Shown: one piece after another, positions 21,867-31,884 of the stretch | Layout of the letters: each line of letters opens with the position of its first letter | How positions within the stretch are numbered: position 1 is the first letter of the stretch | From: Diploschistes diacapsis | Taxonomy: Eukaryota | Length of the DNA: 34,610 nt | Assembly: GCA_023645945.1 (NCBI GenBank) | Contig: JALAIB010000082.1 | Location: 1 to 34,610 of the forward strand | Direction of reading: 5' to 3' | Made by a program: the position numbers and the translations under genes | Notes under the pieces: model-generated | What the model was told of the DNA's origin: nothing | The model's database searches: none | What the model saw: the letters and a program-made list of their open reading frames with translations, nothing else

Positions 21867-23448
21867 AACAAGGTGGATACAAAGTGTCAATAGCATCTCC
21901 GCTCAATAGATTTCAGCCGGCGCTGGATCGCTAACTTAAAAATGATAAAAGTTCCTTTATATTCTTGGCAGACACAATACGGGGGTCAAAGCGCATACAG
22001 CGCCCCACTAGCAGCCCGACTGTTTATCTGCAAGCACAGGCGTCAAGCTGGCCCGGATCGCAGTCGAGATCGAAGAGAGCTTTATGGATGGTAAAGTGGG
22101 CCTGAGCGGGAGCTACAGGACCCCTTGATTCCAATGCTCTCCACTCGCAGACAGGGTGTTGGATATTTTCAGAGGTCACAGTGGTGGATAATTGATGATG
22201 CGCATATTGTTGTCCGAAAGACTTTCCACAGGCATGCAGGCAAGCTGAGGGCAGCTCCCCCAACGATGCAATCGATGAAGAAAGATGGCATCTCTTGGGG
22301 AGGGGATCCTAGCCACACCTCAAGCAGGCGAGCTACTTAGTCCTGTTGGATTCAAGATTGACAACATCCCATAAAGCAAGTAGACCCTAACGCGAGAGGT
22401 TTCCCACCCTCGCTAGCTGGCTAGCGTGTATATACCTATACGCCGTCGAAGTAGTAGTCATGCATGGCACCAGCTCAGCATAGTGCAAGGTAGCTGCTTT
22501 TTCTTCAAAAACGGTATATCTAGAAATCAGGCTGAGTGCAAGCTGCTACAAGCGACAAGCTCAAGATGTGGAAGGTAAGAACGTTGAGGAAAAGGACAAG
22601 AAGATTGAGTAGATGGAAAGGGAGGGATATTTGGTTTACTTGAGGGAGGTACCGGATAAGTTGTCGGAGGCCAAGAGGAGAAAGCTCGTGGGTAAGAGAG
22701 CCCGCAGCCCGGACAGGAGGATGTGGAGGAGAAGACCAAGGAGGAAGGTGAGGAAGAGGAGGAGGCACGAGGGAGGGGCTAGGAGAACGCTGTATGCAAG
22801 CAGCCTGTTTGACCAGCTGTATGCGTAGTAGAGGGACGCGGTAGAAGCAAGAGAAGAGCTGGAGGGAGGGGCTGCCGAGGGGTTCGAGGTTGGGTGCTAG
22901 GACGAAGCGAGAATGCTTCTCAATGTGCATTTGTAGATGCAGGACTTTGATTCGAAACTTTTACCTGGCGGATTCGTTTGAGAAATGATGTTAATTTACA
23001 CAAATCTGTTGTAAACATAATGCGGGCTATGGCTGCTCCGTGACCGTGGCAAGCGAGATCAAACATGAAACCAGCTATGGGGATGAGTTTCAGGGTGTAG
23101 AGATGTACGACGTAGAACTGTAGCCGCGACAAGAGTATCGACAGCGAGCGTGGCAGCACGCAAGAGCTGGCAATCATTCAGCGTTCGATGAATGCCCTTG
23201 CAACTTGATTGTTGGGTCTAGTCTAATCTATGCTCTATTGCCTTCATGATAATGTCCCGACTGCCCTCATCCGTTCCGATCCGATTGATAAACTGGCAAC
23301 GTCCAAGCTCTTCTCGCGATTGACATGCTCGAGGGAGTCGTATGCCCTGTTGGATGGACCTGAAACATGAGGGAGCGGATAGAAATATGACAATGCTTTT
23401 CAGTTTGCTTGTTATTATTCCAGCATGCCTGCCTCAGTGGGCTACTCT

Positions 23449-24864
23449 TCAAGAACCAACAAGCATCTTGGCTTCGCCGTCCTTCATCTTGCCCGCGCTC
23501 ACTAGACGAGTGACCTCTTCCTTCCACGCTGCACGGACTACGCCCGCATCTTTCTTGCCGCCGAGCTTCGCCGCTAGGCTCCCGATTTCTTCTGGATCCA
23601 TCTTGCCGACCACGAGATCCACATCGTTCAGCACGTCATCGACAACCTTGGCGTTCGGGTCCGTACCGGCAGCGACGAAATAGTTGACATCCTTGACGCT
23701 CCCTTTCAACACACGCTTATTCTTCTTGACGGCATTCTTGGCCGCCTCCTTTGCCTTCTTGGCATCTGCTTTCTCCGCCTTTTCCGTCTCTTCCTTCTCC
23801 TTCGCCAGACGCTCGTCCTCCTTCTTCTTCGCCACAGCCTCCTCCTTGGCTTTGCGCTCCGCCTCTTCACGCTCCAAGCGTTTCTTGTTCTTCCCGGCCC
23901 TCTCCTCGGCGCGGAAGCGCTTGATGCGTTCGTCACCGGCCAAACAGTCGTCCACAAGCCTACGCAAGCGCGCTGTATCCTCCGTCTTTCTCTTCTTGCG
24001 TGCATTGTTGTTCTTGCGCTCGACGTGACGCTTTTGGTCGCGGTTCTCGTTGTCGTCCGGCACGTCTTCGTCAAGGTACTCGAACGAGCGCCAACTGTCG
24101 AAACTGTACCAGAAGTTGTAGAAGTGCTCGACGTGGTCTTTGGTTGAGTTGGTGTCGCCGAGCATGGGGACCGGTTGGACCTTGGAGAAGCGGGCTTCGG
24201 ACTCGAAGACGGGGCCCCAGAGCCTGAAGAAATGTTTCGGTGACTGGCCGGCTTCCTTCTTCGTGGGCGGCTCTTTATCGGCGCCAGTGTCCACAGAGTC
24301 GAATTGGCGGCGTTTGGTAGGGTCGAGAAGAATTTCCATGGCTTTTTGGATGCATTTGAAGAATGAATCGTCTTCGGTGCCGCCGGCCGCGGCGCGCTTG
24401 TCTGGATGATGTTTGAGGACTTTCTTGCGGTGAGCGCGCTTGATTTGTTCCTCGGTTGCCTTGTAGCGATACTTGGATAGACCGAGGACAGCGTAATGGT
24501 CTTGCCCCTGGTCATAATCAGCAACTTTGTCAAGTCTGGTAGCGTAAAATGAGAGTGCATGACTTACCTTCCAGTCTTTGGCATCCCTCTGCAACATCAT
24601 GGGATCTTCGGGCTCGCTGATCTCGCCGCTGTCCTCGTCCTCGACCTTCTTTACATTCTCCTGCGCCTGGATCCGGTCGTCTTCGGAGAAGGTGCGACGA
24701 TGTTTCTTTCTCCTGGCATAAGCTAGGAACTGTGGCCCAACCGGCTCTATGTTGCGCTGAACAGCCGGGGAGAGGGTACCGAGAGCCTTGAAATTATTCT
24801 CGGCCGACCAGTCTTGGGGCAAGACCGGAAGGGGAAGGGTCGAGTGTATGGATGAGGTAGCCAT
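23449..24864 (-). CDS. ZUO1: Zuotin, ribosome-associated J-domain co-chaperone (RAC)
   Basis: EPVGPQFLAYARR...RTFSEDDR, DAKDWK|GQDHYAVLGLSKYRY, J-domain HHPDK, FYNFWYSFDSWRSFEYLDED, and a charged coiled-coil. One 60-nt intron, 24567-24508. The conventional start is MATSS at 24864, but the frame is open to ATG 25308. Confidence 0.97.
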   Translation of the reverse strand: MATSSIHSTLPLPVLPQDWSAENNFKALGTLSPAVQRNIEPVGPQFLAYARRKKHRRTFSEDDRIQAQENVKKVEDEDSGEISEPEDPMMLQRDAKDWKVSHALSFYATRLDKVADYDQGQDHYAVLGLSKYRYKATEEQIKRAHRKKVLKHHPDKRAAAGGTEDDSFFKCIQKAMEILLDPTKRRQFDSVDTGADKEPPTKKEAGQSPKHFFRLWGPVFESEARFSKVQPVPMLGDTNSTKDHVEHFYNFWYSFDSWRSFEYLDEDVPDDNENRDQKRHVERKNNNARKKRKTEDTARLRRLVDDCLAGDERIKRFRAEERAGKNKKRLEREEAERKAKEEAVAKKKEDERLAKEKEETEKAEKADAKKAKEAAKNAVKKNKRVLKGSVKDVNYFVAAGTDPNAKVVDDVLNDVDLVVGKMDPEEIGSLAAKLGGKKDAGVVRAAWKEEVTRLVSAGKMKDGEAKMLVGS

Positions 24865-26422
24865 CGCGGTCGTCGACTCGTTCTCGTGCAATGGTTTGGG
24901 GTCTGTTGAAGCTTTTGCAGGAACTGGTAGCAGAGAATCCGGAGAGAACGAGTGTATTATTTCGAGTAGTTCATCTGCTTCCTTGGTGTCTCCGCGCAGA
25001 ATTGCCTCTATGTGATATCCGTAGAGGACGTTGCGATTCCTTGTGTTGACTGCTCGGCAAAAGTCTAATATGGCAGGACGCTCTAGGTAAATTACCTGAC
25101 GTAGACTATAGCCCTCGCGTAAACGTCCTTCTATGCGACTAGTGATAGGGTGCGCAGGGCCAAAGTCCTCTTCGTCGTCTGGGGCTGGTGCTGGCTCGAT
25201 CACTGCACGGGGTACAAGAATAAGTCCCTGGTCTTGGCCTTCCAGCTCTCTTCTGTTATTATTATTGGTTGGGCGTCGCTGAGACACGCGAGCGACGTGC
25301 CAGTGCATGACTAATTACAAGCTAATCGCTTCTGTGGGCGGCATAGGGCGTTAGCTGGAAGCGATTGGATATTAAAGCATCATTAACCGAGACGAAAGGA
25401 AATCTGGATAGATATCTATATTTAGCAAAGTGCCGATGGGATAGCTTCACGAACCTTGACATTGTTGCACAGTCATAAAACCTTGCAAATTATTTTGCAA
25501 ATGGAAAACGCTTCAGCACAGTTTTCAACGACTAAGCCATCAACCCAGTCACGCCTATCAACTACGCCTTTATTAGGCTCTCTATCAAGGTCTCTTCCGT
25601 TTAAGAAGGGCTCAGGTTTGACAGCCTCACTCAGCAGCTTTCAGACTACTCGCCCAAATGTGCCGGGCAATCTATGAAACCCTTTTCAATGTGGCAACCT
25701 GTCACCTAATATACCCGCTCTCTTCAGCCTGTGTTTCATTTGTCGATGTGGCTCAGAATAGCATCATTCTCTTAAACATTTGCTTCGATGTTTAAAGCAT
25801 ACAAGCAACGGCGTCCTGCATAGCGTGAGTAGCAGCAGTCATGCAGCCTACCCATGGACATGTTGTCTTTCCTAAGCAAGAGTCTGAGATCACGCATATA
25901 AAGGGGAAGTCACCCCAGAAGACCTTGGCTTGACCATGAAAGGCTCGATAGTCTTTGTATCATAAGCTTCACTAATAGTTGATGGCAGTCTGGTTTCTCC
26001 ATGATGGACAATGAGGTGGACGTCTAGAGTGTTGCGCATACAAGCTCGGTCACTAATGCTGAGTCTCTTCTCCGGTGCAAATACTTTTGCAAGAATTTTC
26101 CGTTGTAGGGAGCAATCCATGGATAACTTGATGTCCCCACCCAGCAACATTTCGAATCGGACAGGTTCCATGAGCATATTAGAGAAGTTAGGTGAAATGT
26201 TGCAGTCCTAATCTAGACTGCAGGAATCCTATAGGGCATTCAGTTCGGGCGTCCAGCAAAACTTGATATGGACTGCTTTTTCAGCAACATATAAGGTATC
26301 TGATACTTCAATTTTCTTTTCACATATCCCAAACAATTATTACCTCCACTTGATTCCTCCCACGCTCCCAACTAAACCCATTTTTACCCTGATTAAAACA
26401 ATCAAACAAGTCTTCCTTCAAG

Positions 26423-26928
26423 ATGAAGATCTTTGCGACAATTGCAGGCATCATCGCTATTGCAGCATCTGCGTAAGTCCCCTAGCCGCTCTTCTCTCAG
26501 CGTCTAGATCCTGCATTTAACCTTCTTATCTCATTGGCACATGTAACTGATGCAAACTTTCAGCCTCGCCTCCCCAGTCTCCAATATCACGAAGACTGGA
26601 GTGCCAGCACCTACTACTTCTCAATGCACGAAGACGCTCATTAATATTCCCACAATCCATCTTGGCCATACTTTAACGGTCTACCAAGAGACGCATACTG
26701 CAACCAGATTTATCGATTGCTATGGATGCGCTATGGTAACAAAAGTTGAGGGGATGGGCCACGGCCACGGACCGGTATGTATTCCCTATGGATATTATAT
26801 GAAAGCCTCAACTTACGCTTATTGCATAGATTCGCATTGTTACCACCACAGCGACCGCCCAGACCTCTCGTACTACCGTCACATCGTGCAGCCCCCACCC
26901 TTCTTCGGAGGCTACCGCAACATCTTGA
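26423..26928 (+). CDS. Small secreted Thr-rich protein with 4 Cys (about 120 aa); 3 exons
   Basis: Signal peptide MKIFATIAGIIAIAASA|LASP, then ...TTSQCTKTL...FIDCYGCAMVTKVEGMGHGHGP|IRIVTTTATAQTSRTTVTSCSPHPSSEATATS*. Introns 26473-26563 (GTAAGT..CAG) and 26775-26829 (GTATGT..TAG) preserve the frame. Confidence 0.78.
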
Positions 26929-27379
26929 TCGCCACGCGTGACAATGGCAAGAAAAGAACCACGGCTGGAATAACGGTAGAGCTGAGAGGAATCGCTTGAG
27001 GAGTTGAGAAATTATAGCATGGAAGATGCGTTCATGCAATGACGGCCATTTAGATGTGGAGTGCAATCGGGTGTGAGATGCTTTGAAGAGCTTCTAACCG
27101 CTGCAAACTCCATTGGCACCAACTTCAAATAGGGATCAGACATGTAGATATAAGATTTTGTATGAGTGGACTGGAATACTTGAAATACTGTACGTTGAAC
27201 GTGCATATGTGGTGTGAGAAGTAGTGTCTAGCACTTGACCAATCGCGACCTGCAGTCGTGCAGCCAATTTGAAGATCTTAAATCTCGCTAATTTTCCCAA
27301 ATGACGTCTTTTGCTCTATTTCTGTCACATGAGATTTGATTTCCTTGACAAAAAGTAGCTGTTCCAGAAAAAGCAAAGA

Positions 27380-29777
27380 ATGACTTCCAGATCCGAAACC
27401 GCTAAAAGGTATCTAGCATTTCCTTTCTCCTGTCCAGAACTTCTCGTGTATTTCTTTTCTTTTTTCTTACCTCGGAAAGCGGTGAGCGCGGTACAATGGC
27501 AACAGCGAAAATCGAGGGCAAGGCCCATGCCGCTCTAGACTTCGTGCACAAAGCGGAGGAACTCTCGCTGCTCCACCCAAAGTCTCAGAATGATGAACAA
27601 GGCATGGCAAAAACGACAGCTGTAGAGGCAAAGTTTATTACAGAATCGGATCCGGTGATCGAACTGGCCAGTGGCGATCGTTTGCCTGCTGTACCCTTGA
27701 CGGAGGCTCAGAAGCTGAACGAATTGAAAGACGTACTAGAAGGGCGCGACTCGAGATCCGATGATACAGCTGCCGGCGGCCTTCGACAGGAGAAACAGAA
27801 AGAAAGAGCTGCTGCGCAACGCGCCACATTCGCAAAGGATGAACCAGAGAGTCTGTCGTCGCCGCGACGAGACAAAGCGGGCGTCCCGTTACAGAAATCG
27901 CTTCCTCCGTCGCTAACGAACCCCTTGTTCCCTCCTCTACCGCTGTATGGACCTCCGTCACTTCTCCGTACCCTTCAATGCTACATTTTCCGCATCACGT
28001 CGTTCTTCCTATCTCTCGGCTTCCTAGCCGTAATCGTTCTTGGCTCAGGTTTTACCAGCATACCCCTAATGTGTCAGAATATTTGGATGCGCCTGCAATT
28101 CAAAGACCCTAAATCCCGAAGAATATTCTATCAAGAAGAGGAAAAGAGGCGGAAGGAGAGAAGAGAAGCAGAAAAGGCTTGGACACGTGATCGGAAGCAC
28201 AGGAAATGCAACACAGAAAAGCAGAGTGACCGAGAAGAATTCGCAGGTCGATCCGAAGATTACAACCCTACGGAAGGCGGAAAAGATCCCTTAATATGTG
28301 ATGTGGGATACTACGCTCGAAGGGTAGGACTGGATATAGAAGAGTTCAAGGTGCAAACGGAAGACGGCTTTATAATAGATCTGTGGCATGTTTACAATCC
28401 AGAGGAGTACACCCCCGCATCAAAAGAGGATAGACAATTCCGCAAGCCGGACGTCTTCTACGAGGATACGGATGAAGATAACGGCACGCCGATGTCGAGA
28501 TCGAAGCGTGGCAAGAAATATCCTATTCTAATGATGCATGGACTTCTGCAGAGCGCAGGCGCCTACTGCTGTAATGACGACGACAGTTTGGCTTTCTTTC
28601 TTGCGAAGAGGTTCGTGTTCCCATCTCACGCGGGAGTCAAGCCCCTATTAATGAACGCAGTGGCTACGATGTCTGGCTTGGGAACAACCGGTGCGGTTTC
28701 GACCCCCAGCACAAGCTTCTTAAGTACAGCGATCCTCGCTTCTGGTGCTGGAATATCAGGTAATCCTCCCTTTATCCATCGCCCAAGTATACCCAAGCTT
28801 AACATGTCCTCAGACAAATGGGTGTCCTCGACCTCCCAGCTCTAGTCTCTCGCGTTCTGAGCGAAACAGGCTTCCCCAAGCTCGGCCTCATCTGTCACTC
28901 CCAGGGTACCACGCAGACCTTCGTGGCCCTCGCTAAAGAACAGCGTCCCGACCTCGGCTCGAAAGTCAGCGTCTTCTGCGCCCTGGCGCCCGCCGTGTAT
29001 GCCGGGCCCTTGATCGGGAAGATGTACTTCAAGTTCATGCGCGTGATATCACCCGGGATGTTCAGGGTCTTCTTCGGGATCCACGCATTCATTCCGTTCA
29101 TGATGACCATGCACGCTCTCCTCCCGGGAAGGTTGTACGGTGCACTGGGCTACAGGGTTTTCTCATTCTTGTTCAACTGGACGGACGATCGGTGGGATAT
29201 GGGGCTACGCGACCGGATGTTCCAATTTGCCCCCGTGTACGTGAGTGCGGAGAGTATGCGATGGTGGCTAGGAAGGGAATGCTTTGCAAAGCACAGATGT
29301 ATTTTGGCGACGAAGGAGGAGGGCAAGCAGGAAGATGTGGAAGACGAAGAGGAGGACGAAATCAGCAAGCTCATGCAGGGGAAAGAGAATTCGGTTGAAA
29401 AGGCGGCGTCGGCGGGCGAGCTAAGACACGGCGTGGGTGCTAATGGCGAGAACGGAAGGGGAGATGTGGAGCAGAGCATCGAGGAGCGTGGCAAGTATGC
29501 GTGGTACGACGAGCAGGCGCCGCCGATGGCGCTCTGGATCGCGGGCAGCGATCAGCTGGTCGATGGAGACCGGTTGCTGAGGAGGTTTCGGAGGGGAAGA
29601 GAGCCGTTCGTGGATGTTGTGCACGCGAAGGTCATTCCCAAGTACGAGCACTTGGACGTGCTGTGGGCTATGGATGTTATTGAAAAAGTGGGGGTTGAGG
29701 TGAGGGATGTTATCTGGAAGACAGCGGAGGGAGTGAGAGAGGGGTGTGTGGTGCCAAAAGGGTGCGAGGAACTGTGA
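27380..29777 (+). CDS. AB-hydrolase lipase / steryl-ester hydrolase, Yeh1/Yeh2-like, with an N-terminal membrane anchor
   Basis: VQTEDGFIIDLWH, PILMMHGLLQSAG, GYDVWLGNNRCG, nucleophile elbow CHSQG, ALAPAVY, YEHLDVLWA. Introns 28611-28660 and 28760-28813. Start is either ATG 27496 or ATG 27380 via an in-frame intron 27409-27479. Confidence 0.92.
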
Positions 29778-30659
29778 GAGGAGGTAGGATTGGCTTTTGG
29801 ACGGTATTGAGTGGTGGGCTAAGAGACTTAACGAGTTGATTCTCCGTCTTACTGCGTTTCAGCGTTATACAGGGCGTACATAAGCCGGACAGCACAGCAT
29901 TATAAGTATTGACATATACATGATGGAGTAGATCCATGTAACAATATTGATTATTGTCACGGCTCTGCCATGTGGCTCCTACCCATTTTCACTTACGCAC
30001 CCGTTTCCACTCTTCTCACGAATGCACCCCTTTCCACCTCAGTTACTCGTTCTCGACTCATCTCCATCGCTCTCCCCTCCTCTCCCCTCCTCTCCACTCC
30101 AAGCCAGTTCCGCTAATACCTTCTTTTTCCCTCCCTCAACTCACTAGCCACTACGGTCGACAACTTTAAACAACCTGTTACTACAACCGTGCATCTAGAA
30201 CTTCCTCTACAGGATGTACGCAATCAGTAGACAGCCTAATTCTTTTGCAGTCTTCGGGTTGCTACAGCGCGCTGGGCTTGCTGAGGGTACAAGACCGCTG
30301 CTCGTGGAGAGCTCTGCGGACTTTGGTACAGTAACACTCATCCATAATACTCCAGAAATCCCATATCGTATGAAGGGGGCCTTGTCTTGAGGGGGAGATG
30401 TAGAAAATCCTTGTCCGGATCATTCCCGGCTATCTTTTATCGATATGACCTGTAGCGGAACAGAGGGAAACTTAACAAAAATAGGTGCCACGCGGTGTCT
30501 TTCAAGCAGTCACATATCTCGCCCTCCCCTCAGCCTTTCCCGCGCGCGTCCTATGGTATCCCATCGTACCGCAGTCCAGCCTCCCCTCGCACAACGTCCC
30601 AACCTACTCCCGAACTCCATTACGCCGCCAAGAGACCGAGGGCCCCTGAGTCTTATCTG

Positions 30660-30951
30660 CTATGTTTTCTTCCATTGCTTGCTCACCATGCTTTGGGGTC
30701 CTTGAACGGCCCGGACGCTTTTCTTCGGTGGTCTGCTCAACCGTAAGGGCTGGGTCGGTGCCTTTGCGTATTCGGTGTCATTCCTCTTTGTGTGCTGGAA
30801 GCAGGCTGCGGTCAGTTACCGTTTACCCAAATACCCATTAATATATACAGCCGCTCGTGTGGAGGTCGAGATTCTCGTCATAGACGCCGCGGCGGTAAAG
30901 GGCATAGTTGTCGTCGCCGTAGCGGTAGGCGGCGGAGGTGATGGAGTGCAT
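30660..30951 (-). other. Possible small two-exon gene or gene remnant
   Basis: ATG 30951 MHSITSAAYRYGDDNYALYRRGVYDENLDLHTSG with C-ending, coding-like codons. A putative 43-nt intron 30848-30806 (GTATAT..ACTGAC..CAG) is followed by an open frame to TAG at 30660. Confidence 0.3.
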
Positions 30952-31884
30952 GCTGGTTGATGATATGGGTTCTAGGGAAAGGTACGTGTTTTGTTTTGTA
31001 AAAGACAGCGATACGAAGAAATCAAGGTTTTTTCCCGGGAGATTGGAATACAGGGAGATGGAAGAGAGGATACTCGTACGATTCTCATCATGATTTTCTC
31101 TGATAGACTCTGTTATAGAGAAGTCGCAGTCTACATACCTGAGTTGAGAGCATGTGGTGGCTAATTCCTTCAGCATCTACCGATTAGGGAACTGCACGCT
31201 CCTTTGGCGTGAAGTACCCAGGCCTGGTCTCAGGTTTCCTTGAGCTTCGGTGTGCATTTTCCTATACCTCTCCCTAACCCACTGGCCTTCTGGCAAAAGA
31301 AGTAGCAATCCTCTTTTTGTCCTGTAACGTTCCCATTCCAGTACAGTACGGTATGAGGGTTGCTTTGCAACTTGAGCCACGTATGGGGGAAATATCAGTG
31401 CTTCGAACGTTGTGAAAGTACCGGATGTTCTAGCCAATTTTGCCTTTAGATGTGATCGGAGACAAGAACAGACTTGAGTTCTACTGAGATTGCTTACGTC
31501 CCCCAACAAACGTCAACATGGGAGCTGGAATAGAAGAGATATGATGGATACAATTGAAACCTATAGGTAGGGTCGATGGTTTGTTTCAATCTCATCAAGT
31601 CAGTCAGCCAAATACTGATCGATTTCTGGCTGGGAAGATTTACTCCGGAGACTCACTAAACAAAACAGGTTATGTAAAACTATTCCTCAAGATTGCAAAC
31701 TTGACCAAAGGAAAACAGAGTTCATAGGGAACCTACACGTTAAGCGTTAAAGTGAGTCGCACTGTAAGGGACGTCCTTGTCTCGTCGCAATTTTGATGCT
31801 CCAACTCTATTGGCAAGTCTTATTCTGCCTACTGTACACATAAATTATATGATAAGTACCATGGTTCTTAAGATACTTTCTCAG

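Noticed and set aside
23342..24560. ORFs 23342-23683, 23684-24028 and 23706-24560
   Set aside because: Antisense or alternative frames produced by zuotin codon bias.
28893..28907. Lipase nucleophile motif CHSQG instead of GxSxG
   Set aside because: A normal variant in Yeh1/Yeh2-like fungal hydrolases, not a sign of inactivation.
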